Shown here: positions 47,181 through 57,575 of the stretch, piece after piece
Layout of the letters: each line of letters opens with the position of its first letter
Position numbering within the stretch: position 1 is the first letter of the stretch
IMG/VR virus record: IMGVR_UViG_2681813318_000003
Source of the DNA: a virus
Taxonomy: Duplodnaviria > Heunggongvirae > Uroviricota > Caudoviricetes
Direction: 5' to 3' (one strand)
Length of the DNA: 64,000 bases
Translations under genes and position numbers: made by a program
Notes under the pieces: generated by a model
What the model saw: the letters and a program-made list of their open reading frames with translations, nothing else
Databases searched by the model: none
What the model was told of the DNA's origin: nothing

Positions 47181-50100
47181 TTATTCTTTAGGTGAATTTA
47201 ACTTCGTTTCAAGCTCCTCAACCCTTTTGGTCAATTGCTGAATATGATGAATGAGTGGTACAACCAAACGCTCATACATCACCCCTTCAGCGACCATACC
47301 ATTTGAGGAAATATCTTCTGGAGAATCATTATTTGTTGGTTCACGCCAATGGACATATTGCGGGGCAATCTCACCTACCTCTTCAGCAATAAGGCCGTAA
47401 TACCCCCAATCCTTTCGGTCACCTCGACAAATTGAACGATACCAAACAGGTCTTAATGACAAAAGTTCATCAGCATATCGATCTTGTAATGTTTCAATAT
47501 CCTTTTTATAGCGCCTTGAAGATGTTGAACGCCAAACTGTATTGATACCTGGGTTTGGATCAATGTACATATTGGCACCGCTAGTAGTTGTGCCAATATC
47601 CCATATAGCAAACCCTCCACTACCGCCTGATTTGACAACCAGTGTTTCAGCAATAATATCCAGGTTGCCACTATAGCCTGTCAGTGATGATCTGCTTGCA
47701 TAGGAACTTAGAAGGTTTGTTACCTCTGTTTTCGTGTAAGCATTAAGGTTAGCCGCAGTCAAAGTAATATCGGCAGAGCCATCAAACGCCACACCAGCAA
47801 TTTTCCTTGCTGTCTGCAATTTTGTGGCTGTTGCGGCATTACCAGTAGTATTCTGATTACCGGTTGTATTCACACCAGGGATTGAATCCTTAGCAGTATA
47901 TACCTGCGCCCACGCTGACCATGCCGCATCTGTGGTATCTCTTCGTGAGCGAATGAAAACTGGCGCATGTGCACCGCTCGTACCACTCCAGCCAATAAGC
48001 AACTCGCCCTCACCAGCAGCACTCGCACCTTTCATGTGCAATACGTTGCCATACGTGGTCGGATAGCTATTGTTGTACGCCTCGTACATTTGAATGCCAG
48101 CAGTGCCTTGAGTAGAGCCGCTTAATGCCGTAACTCGGCCACGAGATACCAGTGTATTAATGTTGATATCGCCTGAGCCATCAAACTTAACACCATTGAT
48201 GTTTCTCGCTGTTTGCAACTTCGTAGCTGTTGAAGCATTACCGTTCAAACTACCATTTACGCCACCAGTCACATTTAGTCCATTACCAATTGATACCGCA
48301 CCGCTGGTATTATTAATTGTAATAGGTCGCAAACCGTTCCATGAACCTAATGTGTCTCCTGATGCTGTTAGCATGAAATATGTGTTCGATCCATCATTAC
48401 GGATAAAGAACCCAAAGCTACCGTAAGCAATGCGGAAACCATTTGCATATTTTGAAATGATCTCACCAGAAGACGTTAATCCGCCAGTTAACGCTCCTCC
48501 AGATAGTGGTAAAGCTCCGACATCAGCCGCAGTAGGCTTGTTTTTAGTGTTATACGCTCTGCGCCATCCTGGTGAATAGCTCGTCCCGTTAAATACATAG
48601 ATAAACTCCGCATTAGTGAGAGCACCAGAGACACTCGTCGTTGTGGCCGTTGTTATACGGATCGTATAATTGTTTGAGCTACTACCGTTATTAAATACCT
48701 CTATAACAGCTCCTGCTAATGGAATAACGCCACAACCAGTTTCACTATTTGGTATGGTTGCACTATTGGCATAGGCCCACGCACATCGAGCAATCCATGA
48801 CTTTGTGTTAAATGCTCCATTATTTTGCAATAACGTCACTAACTGTGCTGTTGTTATTGCTCCGCCATTACTTCCTGTAGTTAACCAACCAGTAGGAGAT
48901 GCCGGGCAACCTATATTTGCTGGCGACAAGGAAATATTTGCCGAGCCGTCAAACGACACCCCATTGATAGTACGCGCAGTCTGCAACTTCGTAGCAGTAG
49001 CCGCGTTGCCCGTTGTATTCTGATTACCAGTCGTATTAACACCTGGCAAATTAATATTCGCAGTACCATCAAAGCTCACGCCGCCGATAGTTCTTGCCGT
49101 CTGAAGTTTTGTAGCAGTTGCAGCATTACCAGTGGTGTTCTGATTACCCGTAGTATTTACACCTGGAAGGTTGATATTTGCAGAACCGTCGAAACCAACT
49201 CCACCGATAGATCTTGCCGTCTGCAATTTCGTTGCTGTACTTGCATTACCATTTAATGTTCCGGTGATCCCACCAGTAACAGACAACGGACCTGAAACTG
49301 TTCCTCCGGTTGTTGGCAGTGCTCCAATATCTAACGGCGTCGGTTTCTGATGTGTGCTATACATCGTATAAACAACACCATCGGTAACGCTGGAAGGCTT
49401 ACTAGCTGAATATGTTGGCGATGTATAAATAGAAACTGTCGCATTTGCAGTACAATCCCAATGGATATTTACACGAGTCGCATAATTGCCAATCTCAACG
49501 TAAATATCATATGTATCGCCGGATGTGTTGATCCAGGCGAAATTCGTTAATCCGACAGCTGTACGCTTCCACAAAGCACCTGTAATCCCTTTGGGGTTTC
49601 CATTGCCTGCTCGTAGAACCAGTTCTGAAATGCCTGCCTGATGTGGGGAGCCGACGTTGTAACCAGCGCCACCAATCAATGCGATGTAAACGATGGAACT
49701 CGCTTGTGGCATTGTAACAGTAGCCAGTTTGAACCACCCGGCCCCGCCAGAGAAAGACATCGTTATTGAATTTAAAGTACCAATATCTTTCGGCGTTAAT
49801 GTGATATCCGCAGTCAGTGCTTTCCCGTTAATTTTTCGGTTAGATGGCACCCTGCTGTTCGCATTGTCATTGACTACTTTAACTGCTTTTGGCGTTGCGG
49901 CCAGCGATTCACTGGTGCTGTCGACAGCACTGCTAAGTTTCACAACACCTTTAGTTGTAAGGCTTGCGTCTTCCATCGCAACTGCACCGGCAATCTCTTC
50001 AGCACGATCAGCAGCAGCTTCCGCACGGGTCGCAGCGGATTCAGCAGCAGTTTTGCTCTGAGATGCTGCCGTCGCACTGCCTGCCGCCTCTGTTGCTTTC

Positions 50101-51338
50101 GTGGATGCCGTCGTGGCGCTGCCCTTCGCTGCTGACGCCTGTCTGGTCGCCTCATCTTTTGAAGCAGACGCAGATGATGCCGATGACGCTGCCGAACTGG
50201 CGGATGATGCGGCTGCCGTTTTTGAGGATTCTGCACGGGTTTCCGACGCTTTCGCGTTCGTTTCGGATGTCTTCGCTGCGGAAGCAGACCTCGCTGCTGC
50301 GCTGGCCTGTTCAGTGGCTTCGCCAGCCTTCGTTGTGGCTGTTGAAGCAGACGATGCGGCACTTTCTGCCGATTTTCCGGCGGCGGTGGCACTGGCTGAG
50401 GCCTGCCCGGCACTTGTTGACGCGGCACTGGCAGACGACGCAGCCGCTGTTTTTGAGCCTGCCGCAGCCGAGGCGCTCTGTCCCGCTGCCGTTTCAGAAG
50501 ACCTGGCGTTCGTCTCGGACGTTTTTGCCGCCTTCGCGGAATTTCCTGCCGCCGTTGCCGAGGAAGCGGCATTACTGGCGCTCGAGGCTGCGCTCGTTTC
50601 TGATGATTTCGCTGCCTCTTTTGAGGCCGCCGCATCCCGGGCTGAGGTGGCAGCTTCTGACGCCTTCGTGGTCGCGGTGGATGCAGAAGTGGCTGCAGAT
50701 TTTTGTGACGCTGCAGCATTCGTTTCAGACGTTTTCGCGGCACCGGCACTGGTGGCCGCCGCGCTTTTTGAGGACTCTGCAGCGGATGCACTTTGAGACG
50801 CTTGAGAGGCTTTTTCTCCAGCGGTATTGGCGCTTTCTGCTGCTGCGGCAGCACTGGCCGCCGCCTCACGAGCTTTGTCGCCAGCAGCATCAATCGCGTC
50901 AGTGTTATTTTTATACCACTCAACGTTTTCGTTGTGCTCGTTGACGATCTGCATTAGCGGCTTAACGGTCACTTCTGTACCGTCTTCACGCTCGATTGTC
51001 ACCTCATCCAGAGCAGTCAACCAACTGCGCATGGACTTGGAATCAGCCGACATACGCGACATTAGTGCTGTAAAGCGCGCGCTAAACTGTGTTAAGTCGC
51101 CTTCATAGGTCGTAATGATTCGGCACGGAACTTCAGACTGAGTTTCGCCGGTATAGGGTTCTGAGAGAACAATGTTCGTATCACTGGTTACGCGCTTGAT
51201 CTCATACAGCTTATTGTCGGGGCCAATGACGATCATCCCCGGCAACACACCATTAGCTGTTACGTTCCAGGCTGTCCCTGCCCCAACCAGAGTATTGCTG
51301 CCCTGTGTAAATGTGATAGTACCTTCCCTGTACCACAT
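47181..51338 (-). CDS. long tail fibre protein with Ala/Ser-rich low-complexity region, tandem repeats and C-terminal peptidase S74 intramolecular chaperone domain
   Basis: 1385 aa; about 330 aa Ala/Ser-rich region; repeated NINLPGVNTTGNQNTTGNAATATKLQTAR units; C-terminal STSSRRYKKDI...YGLIAEEV motif typical of self-cleaving S74 chaperone domains (T5 pb1 / endosialidase type). Confidence 0.8.
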   Translation of the reverse strand: MWYREGTITFTQGSNTLVGAGTAWNVTANGVLPGMIVIGPDNKLYEIKRVTSDTNIVLSEPYTGETQSEVPCRIITTYEGDLTQFSARFTALMSRMSADSKSMRSWLTALDEVTIEREDGTEVTVKPLMQIVNEHNENVEWYKNNTDAIDAAGDKAREAAASAAAAAESANTAGEKASQASQSASAAESSKSAAATSAGAAKTSETNAAASQKSAATSASTATTKASEAATSARDAAASKEAAKSSETSAASSASNAASSATAAGNSAKAAKTSETNARSSETAAGQSASAAAGSKTAAASSASAASTSAGQASASATAAGKSAESAASSASTATTKAGEATEQASAAARSASAAKTSETNAKASETRAESSKTAAASSASSAASSASSASASKDEATRQASAAKGSATTASTKATEAAGSATAASQSKTAAESAATRAEAAADRAEEIAGAVAMEDASLTTKGVVKLSSAVDSTSESLAATPKAVKVVNDNANSRVPSNRKINGKALTADITLTPKDIGTLNSITMSFSGGAGWFKLATVTMPQASSIVYIALIGGAGYNVGSPHQAGISELVLRAGNGNPKGITGALWKRTAVGLTNFAWINTSGDTYDIYVEIGNYATRVNIHWDCTANATVSIYTSPTYSASKPSSVTDGVVYTMYSTHQKPTPLDIGALPTTGGTVSGPLSVTGGITGTLNGNASTATKLQTARSIGGVGFDGSANINLPGVNTTGNQNTTGNAATATKLQTARTIGGVSFDGTANINLPGVNTTGNQNTTGNAATATKLQTARTINGVSFDGSANISLSPANIGCPASPTGWLTTGSNGGAITTAQLVTLLQNNGAFNTKSWIARCAWAYANSATIPNSETGCGVIPLAGAVIEVFNNGSSSNNYTIRITTATTTSVSGALTNAEFIYVFNGTSYSPGWRRAYNTKNKPTAADVGALPLSGGALTGGLTSSGEIISKYANGFRIAYGSFGFFIRNDGSNTYFMLTASGDTLGSWNGLRPITINNTSGAVSIGNGLNVTGGVNGSLNGNASTATKLQTARNINGVKFDGSGDININTLVSRGRVTALSGSTQGTAGIQMYEAYNNSYPTTYGNVLHMKGASAAGEGELLIGWSGTSGAHAPVFIRSRRDTTDAAWSAWAQVYTAKDSIPGVNTTGNQNTTGNAATATKLQTARKIAGVAFDGSADITLTAANLNAYTKTEVTNLLSSYASRSSLTGYSGNLDIIAETLVVKSGGSGGFAIWDIGTTTSGANMYIDPNPGINTVWRSTSSRRYKKDIETLQDRYADELLSLRPVWYRSICRGDRKDWGYYGLIAEEVGEIAPQYVHWREPTNNDSPEDISSNGMVAEGVMYERLVVPLIHHIQQLTKRVEELETKLNSPKE

Positions 51339-51430
51339 GTTGAATATGCTCCTTGATTTGGTGGGCTATCCTTGCCCACCATTAAGTATGTACATACTTA
51401 TTTTTACCGATATAAATATTTTTTTCTACA

Positions 51431-54400
51431 TTACAGAAGGCCAATTCTTACTCGTAGGACGTTGTTATCGTCATAAACGTCAATCCGCTGACCATTTATG
51501 ACCAGTCGCCCATTACCCCCGCTATTACCGTTGATCTCAAGCGTTCCATTTTTGCCGAACCGCCATCCAGATCTACCGCTAACAAAATTGGTAGATTGCA
51601 GATCGCCTACTTTTGCATTGGTGATTGTGCCATCCTTGATATACGCACCATTCATATAGGCGATACTGTTTTCGATAACAAATGGCGTGGTGATCTTCCC
51701 GTTAACAGAGTTGACCAAACCAAACCTGTCAGCCTGCACCAAAAACTGAGAAAGGCCAGTGGTGTCGATACCAAGCGCAATACCAGCAACATACTTCTGC
51801 CCTCCGCTCGTTGAAGTTTCCATTTTCAACGTCCACGCGGTTGACACTTTTTTGTTGGTATCAGCAATAGCTGTTGCCTGCTGTTGAATTGTCGCGGTAT
51901 TTCCATCCACCTCTGCTTTCAGAGTATCGATTCGCCCACTCAGAGCATTATCTGCCTGCGTTCTCGCTGTCGTTTCAGTTGTTACCGCCGCGGAAATGTT
52001 GGCTGCCGTTTGAGACTCTAAGTTTGTGATTTGAGTCGCCAATGCAGCATCTTGCTCTGTACGCGTTTTCGTTTCGGTTGCTACAGCCGCTTTAATATCC
52101 TCTTTGTATTGAGAGGTCAGCTTGGTGATCTGAGACGACAACGCCGAGTCAGCATCAGTTCGAGCCTGCGTTTCAACTGCAACGGCCGCACTAATATCTT
52201 TCGCTGTCTGTGCTTTTAAACTTGAAACCTCTTTTGTTAAAGCGGTATCACCATCAGCACGAGCCGTTGTTTCTCTGGCAAGAGATGCCTCGAGATCATT
52301 AGCTTTTGCTGTAAGAGACGAAATCTGAGTGGACAATGCACTATCGGCATCAGTCCTTGCCTTTGTCTCTACAGCAACCGCTGCGGCAATATCAGTTCCG
52401 GTTTGTGCTCGCAGGCTGTTAATTTCTCGTGAGAGCGCCTGGTCAGCACTTGCTCTGGCCTCCTGCTCCTGAGTGATGGCAGCGGATATATCACCGTCAA
52501 CCTTTGACTGAAGCTGGTTTATTTGTTTGGCTAACGCAGAGTCCCCGCTTGCTCGGGCCTCCTGCTCACTACGTATTGCAGCAGAAATATCATCATCAAC
52601 CTTTGCCTGAAGTTGGGTGATCTGGCTTGCCAGAGCCGAATCTTCCGTTGCTCGGGCTTCTTGCTCTTCCTTAATAGCTGCGACGATATCGTTGCTTACT
52701 TTCGACTCAAGCTGAGTGATCTGTGTCGTCAGAGCTTCATCGGCAGATGTGCGAGCCTCCTGCTCTGTACTAATCGCCGCGCTGATATCTCCTTCAAACT
52801 TAGATTGCAGCTGAGTGACACGCTTTGCCAACGCTTCATCGCCATCGGCACGAGCGGTGGACTCTTCCAGAATACTGGCCTTAATGTCTTCGCCAATTTC
52901 TACGCGAATTTCCTCAACCTTCGTGGCCATTGCAGACATATCATCAGCAAAGGTTTTCTGTGTTGTTGCGATCTTCGCGTTATTGACCATCTGCTTGTGC
53001 TGGTCTTCATCTTGACGAAGAGCCAGGTCAATATTTGTTTTGGCTAACGCCTCAATGTTCGTAGTCAGTTCTGCACTGGCACGATCGACCTCTGCAACCG
53101 TCTTTTTCATTTCTTCAACGGCAGCGGAGCTTTCCTCTACCGTTGACTGCAACACTTCCAGTTGTTTAGCGTTTGCAGCATCGCCTTCAACACGAGCCTC
53201 GCTTTCCTTAGCAATAAGAGCCGCAGCTTCATCTCTTGCAGCCTTTATTGCCTCGACTGTATTAGCGAGAGCTTTATCGTGTTCAGATACGGTGTTTTCG
53301 ATTTCAACAATTGCAGCATCAGTGGCATCAATTTTTTCAAACGCTTCATTGACCTTGTCGATCGTTGCCGAAACCTCACCTTTAAGCTCGGTTTGTGCGT
53401 TCTCCAAAGCATCGCTACGCTCGTTGAATTTTATTTCAAAACCCGCGAGGTTATCGCTGAACTGCTTATCTAATTCAGCTATATCTTCCTTAACGTCGTT
53501 TACCGACCCCTCCAAAGATTCGACGCTCTGGTTGATATGCTCATTTAACTCGTCAACTGCTTCTTGAGAGGCTTTGCTGTTGATGTCCTCAAGCAGAGCC
53601 TGACCAAGCTCGGAAGATGTAATTTTGCCAGCCAGGAACGACAGTACATCGCGAGTTGTCGCCTCTGTACCCAAGTTTGAGTTCGGAGGGCTTAACATAC
53701 CTCGCTTGTTCGATGCTCGAACCCAGTAATACCACGTTTCGCTATCCCCAAGACCAGCATGTGTAAAGGTGGTGCTTGCAGACTCTGCGATCAGTTTCGC
53801 CGTATCCAGATTGTTGGTCTGGGATGCGTAAACATTAATGTGATCAAGGTCTACCGAATCTGGATTAACCCAATTCAGTATCACATTACGATAGTCTCCA
53901 ACGGCCGTTAATGACGTTGGGGCATCCGGCGGTGTCATTGTGCCCAACACCTGATAAACGGTACTGATAATCTCTGTTTTTTTACCGTTGAATGAAACCG
54001 CATACAGTTGGAAGTCGTAGCGTCCATTCTCCGCGACATTAACGATTTCGTATTGCTCTTCGGTTACACGCGCCGATTGCCAGTTCGATACATTGTTTTC
54101 ATCAGAACGTCGCCAACTGATCCAATACTCTGGAGATTTTCCTTCCCATGTTGCAGTCAGTTTTACTGACAGGTTGCCCGGGCTTGAGAGATAAGTCCCT
54201 TCAGTGATTTGCAGATTAGATGGCTTGGAGTAAGTTGGGTCCAATACCGTCGTATTCTGCGGGATCAGCGTTGCACCATTGTCGATTGCCTCATATTTAG
54301 ACGGATTGTTCTCAACAGCGGTGATGTCAAAGCTACCCGGCGTTTCCCCCTGCGCGATGTTAACGATGCGAACGCGCATAGGTTCGAGATCTGGTTCTGT

Positions 54401-56161
54401 AATTGTCCAGACACCGTTCAAAACAGGCGTTTCCGCTGACGACAGGGCTTTTGAAAACGTAACCTTTGTTATGTTTTCGCCAGTTTCAAGAACATCGCGT
54501 TCAACGATTTTGCCTTCCTGATTCAATATCCGAATAAAGCTGCCGCTTTTAGCTAACGACACAGGCGCATCGAGAGTGATGCTGTTTTTGGTAAACTCCA
54601 CAATTCGACCGGAGTTACGTTTACCTGCACGATATTTGTTCTGAATCAGAACGGTTTCACCAGGCATCAGAAATGAGGCGTCTAAGCCGGCAGTAAATGT
54701 AATTACATCCGACTCCATTCTGGCGGTATACAAAAGCCACAAACCAACTCGGTGAGCCTGGCCTCGGCTTGTACATCCAAATGCTACGACTTCTGTTTTA
54801 CGCTCACCATAACGGCGCATTGCGTCCTGATCTTCAACGTATTCGATGTTTTGCTTATAACCGTCCTCCTTGTTGTTGTAGGTTACGAGCGCAACGGATG
54901 GGCGATCTTTACGCGCAGAACCTTTATAGGTAAACAGTCCATCTTTGACGTTGGAGTTGGTAAACATCATTACCGGATCTGATGGGCTATCCTGCATGAT
55001 GTTAACCATGCCACCAGCCCAAAACACCATGCCGCGGAATGCACCGGCAATATCCTGAATTAATCGGTATGCGTCTTGTCGACTGGTGATCTGCGTATTG
55101 ATTGCAAAGCGTTTCTCTTTACCCCCAAAGCCATCATCGACCTCTTCGTCACAATATCGACCAATCTGGTAGAGCTGGCCGAGGTCAATCATGGATTCCG
55201 ACACAAATTGCCCAAGACCATACCGAGTATTGGTAAGCAAATCGTAGAGAATCCACGCAGGGTTTGAAGAAGACAACAGCTTAAAAGTACCGTCCCATAC
55301 GCCGACATAAGTATTGGTGTATTCGTTGTAGTTTGACGGTACTCGGATTTTGATACCGCGCACCAAATACGAACGGGAAGGCATTGTGCTACCAAACTGC
55401 TCTGAATTGACCTTCAAGCCAACAAGAGCAGAGTTAGGGTAGTTCATTGGCGTGTCGACAATCTCACCTATGGAATCAACCCATGTGTCGTTGTAGAGGT
55501 ACTGGCTACTGTTATCATCTGTAAGACGAATCACCCTAACCTTGTATGCACGACCAGGCTTAGGTAGTTTCAGCTCATAGCTACGGTAATACACGCCTGT
55601 TTTCTTTGCCGTTAGCGTGATATCAACGCTTTTCTCACCTTCTGCCACTACATCAGAAAATGTTGCGTCTCCGTTGGCGATCTGGAATTTGTACTTCACC
55701 GTAGTGCCATTTGTATCGCCAGAGCTTTTATCAACGCTACGTAAAGAGGGGAATTTCATGATGACACGAACGCGATCAGCTTCATCGTTATCGATTGAAA
55801 CCGTAACGTCGTGTGTTTTTTTAAGCTGAATATTTACGGACTTAGGCGTTTCGACAAAATCAAAACCAGCCATTGGCGTCTGATCTTGTGAGCCGTCACG
55901 AAAATCCCATGTAATACCGCTGAAGTTGGAAGAGCCATCTTCATTCAAGATCGGTAAATCGTCGATGAAGATCGACTTTGCGCCATTTACCAGGCCACCG
56001 ATAACCCCCTCGCCAAGAAGGTCGAGGATGGCTGCCATAGCACGAGAATTGACAGTATCATCAGCTTCAACCGGGGTACGGCTGGAGCTTTTACTTTTCT
56101 TGCCACCAGCACCGGCAATAAGAAGCGGTAATTTTTTCTTCTTGAACTGTTCCATGTCCAA
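51431..56161 (-). CDS. tail tip host-specificity protein (lambda gpJ-like)
   Basis: 1576 aa; N-terminal and central regions colinear with lambda J (NSALVGLKVNSEQFG, YLVRGIKIRVPSNY, WDGTF, NPAWILYDLL, AFGCTSRGQAHRVGLWLL); about 11 tandem 28-aa helical repeats inserted; C-terminal region J-like. Confidence 0.88.
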   Translation of the reverse strand: MDMEQFKKKKLPLLIAGAGGKKSKSSSRTPVEADDTVNSRAMAAILDLLGEGVIGGLVNGAKSIFIDDLPILNEDGSSNFSGITWDFRDGSQDQTPMAGFDFVETPKSVNIQLKKTHDVTVSIDNDEADRVRVIMKFPSLRSVDKSSGDTNGTTVKYKFQIANGDATFSDVVAEGEKSVDITLTAKKTGVYYRSYELKLPKPGRAYKVRVIRLTDDNSSQYLYNDTWVDSIGEIVDTPMNYPNSALVGLKVNSEQFGSTMPSRSYLVRGIKIRVPSNYNEYTNTYVGVWDGTFKLLSSSNPAWILYDLLTNTRYGLGQFVSESMIDLGQLYQIGRYCDEEVDDGFGGKEKRFAINTQITSRQDAYRLIQDIAGAFRGMVFWAGGMVNIMQDSPSDPVMMFTNSNVKDGLFTYKGSARKDRPSVALVTYNNKEDGYKQNIEYVEDQDAMRRYGERKTEVVAFGCTSRGQAHRVGLWLLYTARMESDVITFTAGLDASFLMPGETVLIQNKYRAGKRNSGRIVEFTKNSITLDAPVSLAKSGSFIRILNQEGKIVERDVLETGENITKVTFSKALSSAETPVLNGVWTITEPDLEPMRVRIVNIAQGETPGSFDITAVENNPSKYEAIDNGATLIPQNTTVLDPTYSKPSNLQITEGTYLSSPGNLSVKLTATWEGKSPEYWISWRRSDENNVSNWQSARVTEEQYEIVNVAENGRYDFQLYAVSFNGKKTEIISTVYQVLGTMTPPDAPTSLTAVGDYRNVILNWVNPDSVDLDHINVYASQTNNLDTAKLIAESASTTFTHAGLGDSETWYYWVRASNKRGMLSPPNSNLGTEATTRDVLSFLAGKITSSELGQALLEDINSKASQEAVDELNEHINQSVESLEGSVNDVKEDIAELDKQFSDNLAGFEIKFNERSDALENAQTELKGEVSATIDKVNEAFEKIDATDAAIVEIENTVSEHDKALANTVEAIKAARDEAAALIAKESEARVEGDAANAKQLEVLQSTVEESSAAVEEMKKTVAEVDRASAELTTNIEALAKTNIDLALRQDEDQHKQMVNNAKIATTQKTFADDMSAMATKVEEIRVEIGEDIKASILEESTARADGDEALAKRVTQLQSKFEGDISAAISTEQEARTSADEALTTQITQLESKVSNDIVAAIKEEQEARATEDSALASQITQLQAKVDDDISAAIRSEQEARASGDSALAKQINQLQSKVDGDISAAITQEQEARASADQALSREINSLRAQTGTDIAAAVAVETKARTDADSALSTQISSLTAKANDLEASLARETTARADGDTALTKEVSSLKAQTAKDISAAVAVETQARTDADSALSSQITKLTSQYKEDIKAAVATETKTRTEQDAALATQITNLESQTAANISAAVTTETTARTQADNALSGRIDTLKAEVDGNTATIQQQATAIADTNKKVSTAWTLKMETSTSGGQKYVAGIALGIDTTGLSQFLVQADRFGLVNSVNGKITTPFVIENSIAYMNGAYIKDGTITNAKVGDLQSTNFVSGRSGWRFGKNGTLEINGNSGGNGRLVINGQRIDVYDDNNVLRVRIGLL

Positions 56162-56172
56162 AAAATCCTTGA

Positions 56173-56763
56173 TTACATAAGCTGGTCGATGGTGATAGAA
56201 GAACTCACGACCTGTGAGCCAACTAAAATTTCCTCGCCATAGATAAGCTGTACAGGGTTCCCCTGGTTTGTTGTGTTTTGAGGTCCATCAAAGTAATAAG
56301 AGTTCGAGTTATCCGCCTGCCTCACACTTTCGTTAGTGGCTTGCGGAGATATGATTTGCGCTATACCGCTCATCATCAGTGACAAACCGAGAGGCGCAAG
56401 AGCGGGCACCCATATCGAGGCAACCATTAATACTGCTCCAACAACCGTCTGAAACCATCCAAAAGCAGATCCACTACTTCCTCGCGGAACAGGGGTAATG
56501 CGGATTTTTGCAATATTGTCAGACTGCCCCATCATCTGATATTCACTCTCGTCCACAGACCACTTGTGGCCCTGTTTATTGGTGATCTGGATGTGGTATC
56601 TGTCATAGGTTTTGATATTGCGCTTCATCCATGCTTTAAACCCAGGCTTGTTGGCCTCAATTAAATCCAGAGCCTGTTTTGTATTACGCACCTTTAGATG
56701 CCAGTGGCGGCCAAAATGTTTGGCCATAGGGCCGCCAAGCTGCACATGAACTAACTCAGACAC
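56173..56763 (-). CDS. tail assembly protein (lambda gpI-like)
   Basis: 196 aa with central hydrophobic segment; position between K-like and J-like genes. Confidence 0.6.
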   Translation of the reverse strand: MSELVHVQLGGPMAKHFGRHWHLKVRNTKQALDLIEANKPGFKAWMKRNIKTYDRYHIQITNKQGHKWSVDESEYQMMGQSDNIAKIRITPVPRGSSGSAFGWFQTVVGAVLMVASIWVPALAPLGLSLMMSGIAQIISPQATNESVRQADNSNSYYFDGPQNTTNQGNPVQLIYGEEILVGSQVVSSSITIDQLM

Positions 56764-57575
56764 GTCTCATCTCCCTTGAGCAAGTCTCTGTGACGCAAGT
56801 GATGCGTCGTATGTTTCTGATACATCCCGCCGTAATAAGCACGACAACTAAGGCGGTCGATCTGGTGATGAAGAATCATTCCATCGCCGATATAAACCGC
56901 ACAGTGGTCAGGCATTTTTCCGTATTGGATAAAGAAGACGTCCCCACGTTGAGGTTCTGTTCCGGGCGCAAGCCGTACCAATCCTTCGTTTCGGTAGTTC
57001 TGATCGAGAATGTCGTTATCGCCGGTGTACCACGATGGAATATGCAGGTGTGCGTTCGGGTTTAGTTCGACGTTAAACTCACGCTTCAAATAGTCCCGAC
57101 ACAACATCCAGCAATCAAATACGCCAAATACATACGGTCTGCCCAGGTATGGCATTTCGAAACCATCAGGAGTGATCACATTCATCTCGCTAAAATGGAA
57201 AGGGGCATCTCCCTCAACATTCTTGCGAATAGCCAGAATCATCCACGGAACTTCCGTCGCTTCGCAGCCTGCACGATCGGCATCAGATGCTTCTGCTGAT
57301 TCATCAGTATGTGAATGCCAGATTGCGATAACATCACCCGCATCCTCTGCCGCCATAATGTCGTCAACGTGCATTACAAAAGTGTTCTGCGGGTTCTCCG
57401 AAACATTCCGCGCTTCCATAAAGCGATATTTGTCGCCATTAGTTCTAACCAGAAAGCCACACGCTTCATTAGGGTAGCGATTTATGGCGCAGAGATAGAT
57501 TTGCTGCATAACGTCAGAGCCAAGCTCAGGGATTGCTTTATTACCCATACCGCGTAGCTCCAATAAATCCGCCAA
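56751..57575 (-). CDS. tail tip assembly protein (lambda gpK-like; JAB/MPN plus NlpC/P60 domains)
   Basis: JAMM-like EACGFL...HSHT...S..D motif and NlpC/P60-type Cys (FDCWMLCRDY) / His (DHCAVYIGDGMILHH). Confidence 0.75.
   Translation of the reverse strand: MADLLELRGMGNKAIPELGSDVMQQIYLCAINRYPNEACGFLVRTNGDKYRFMEARNVSENPQNTFVMHVDDIMAAEDAGDVIAIWHSHTDESAEASDADRAGCEATEVPWMILAIRKNVEGDAPFHFSEMNVITPDGFEMPYLGRPYVFGVFDCWMLCRDYLKREFNVELNPNAHLHIPSWYTGDNDILDQNYRNEGLVRLAPGTEPQRGDVFFIQYGKMPDHCAVYIGDGMILHHQIDRLSCRAYYGGMYQKHTTHHLRHRDLLKGDETCLS

Noticed and set aside
49940-51108. Long ORFs on both strands (49964..50944 +, 50101..50796 +, 49940..50923 -, 49693..50061 +, 50827..51108 +)
   Set aside because: They are artefacts of the Ala/Ser-rich GC-rich codon repeat inside the tail fibre gene; the true frame is the 1385-aa minus-strand ORF.
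52613-53567. Plus-strand ORFs inside the gpJ-like gene (52613..53047, 53040..53567 and others)
   Set aside because: Low-complexity translations of the antisense of the 28-aa repeat region; no independent support.
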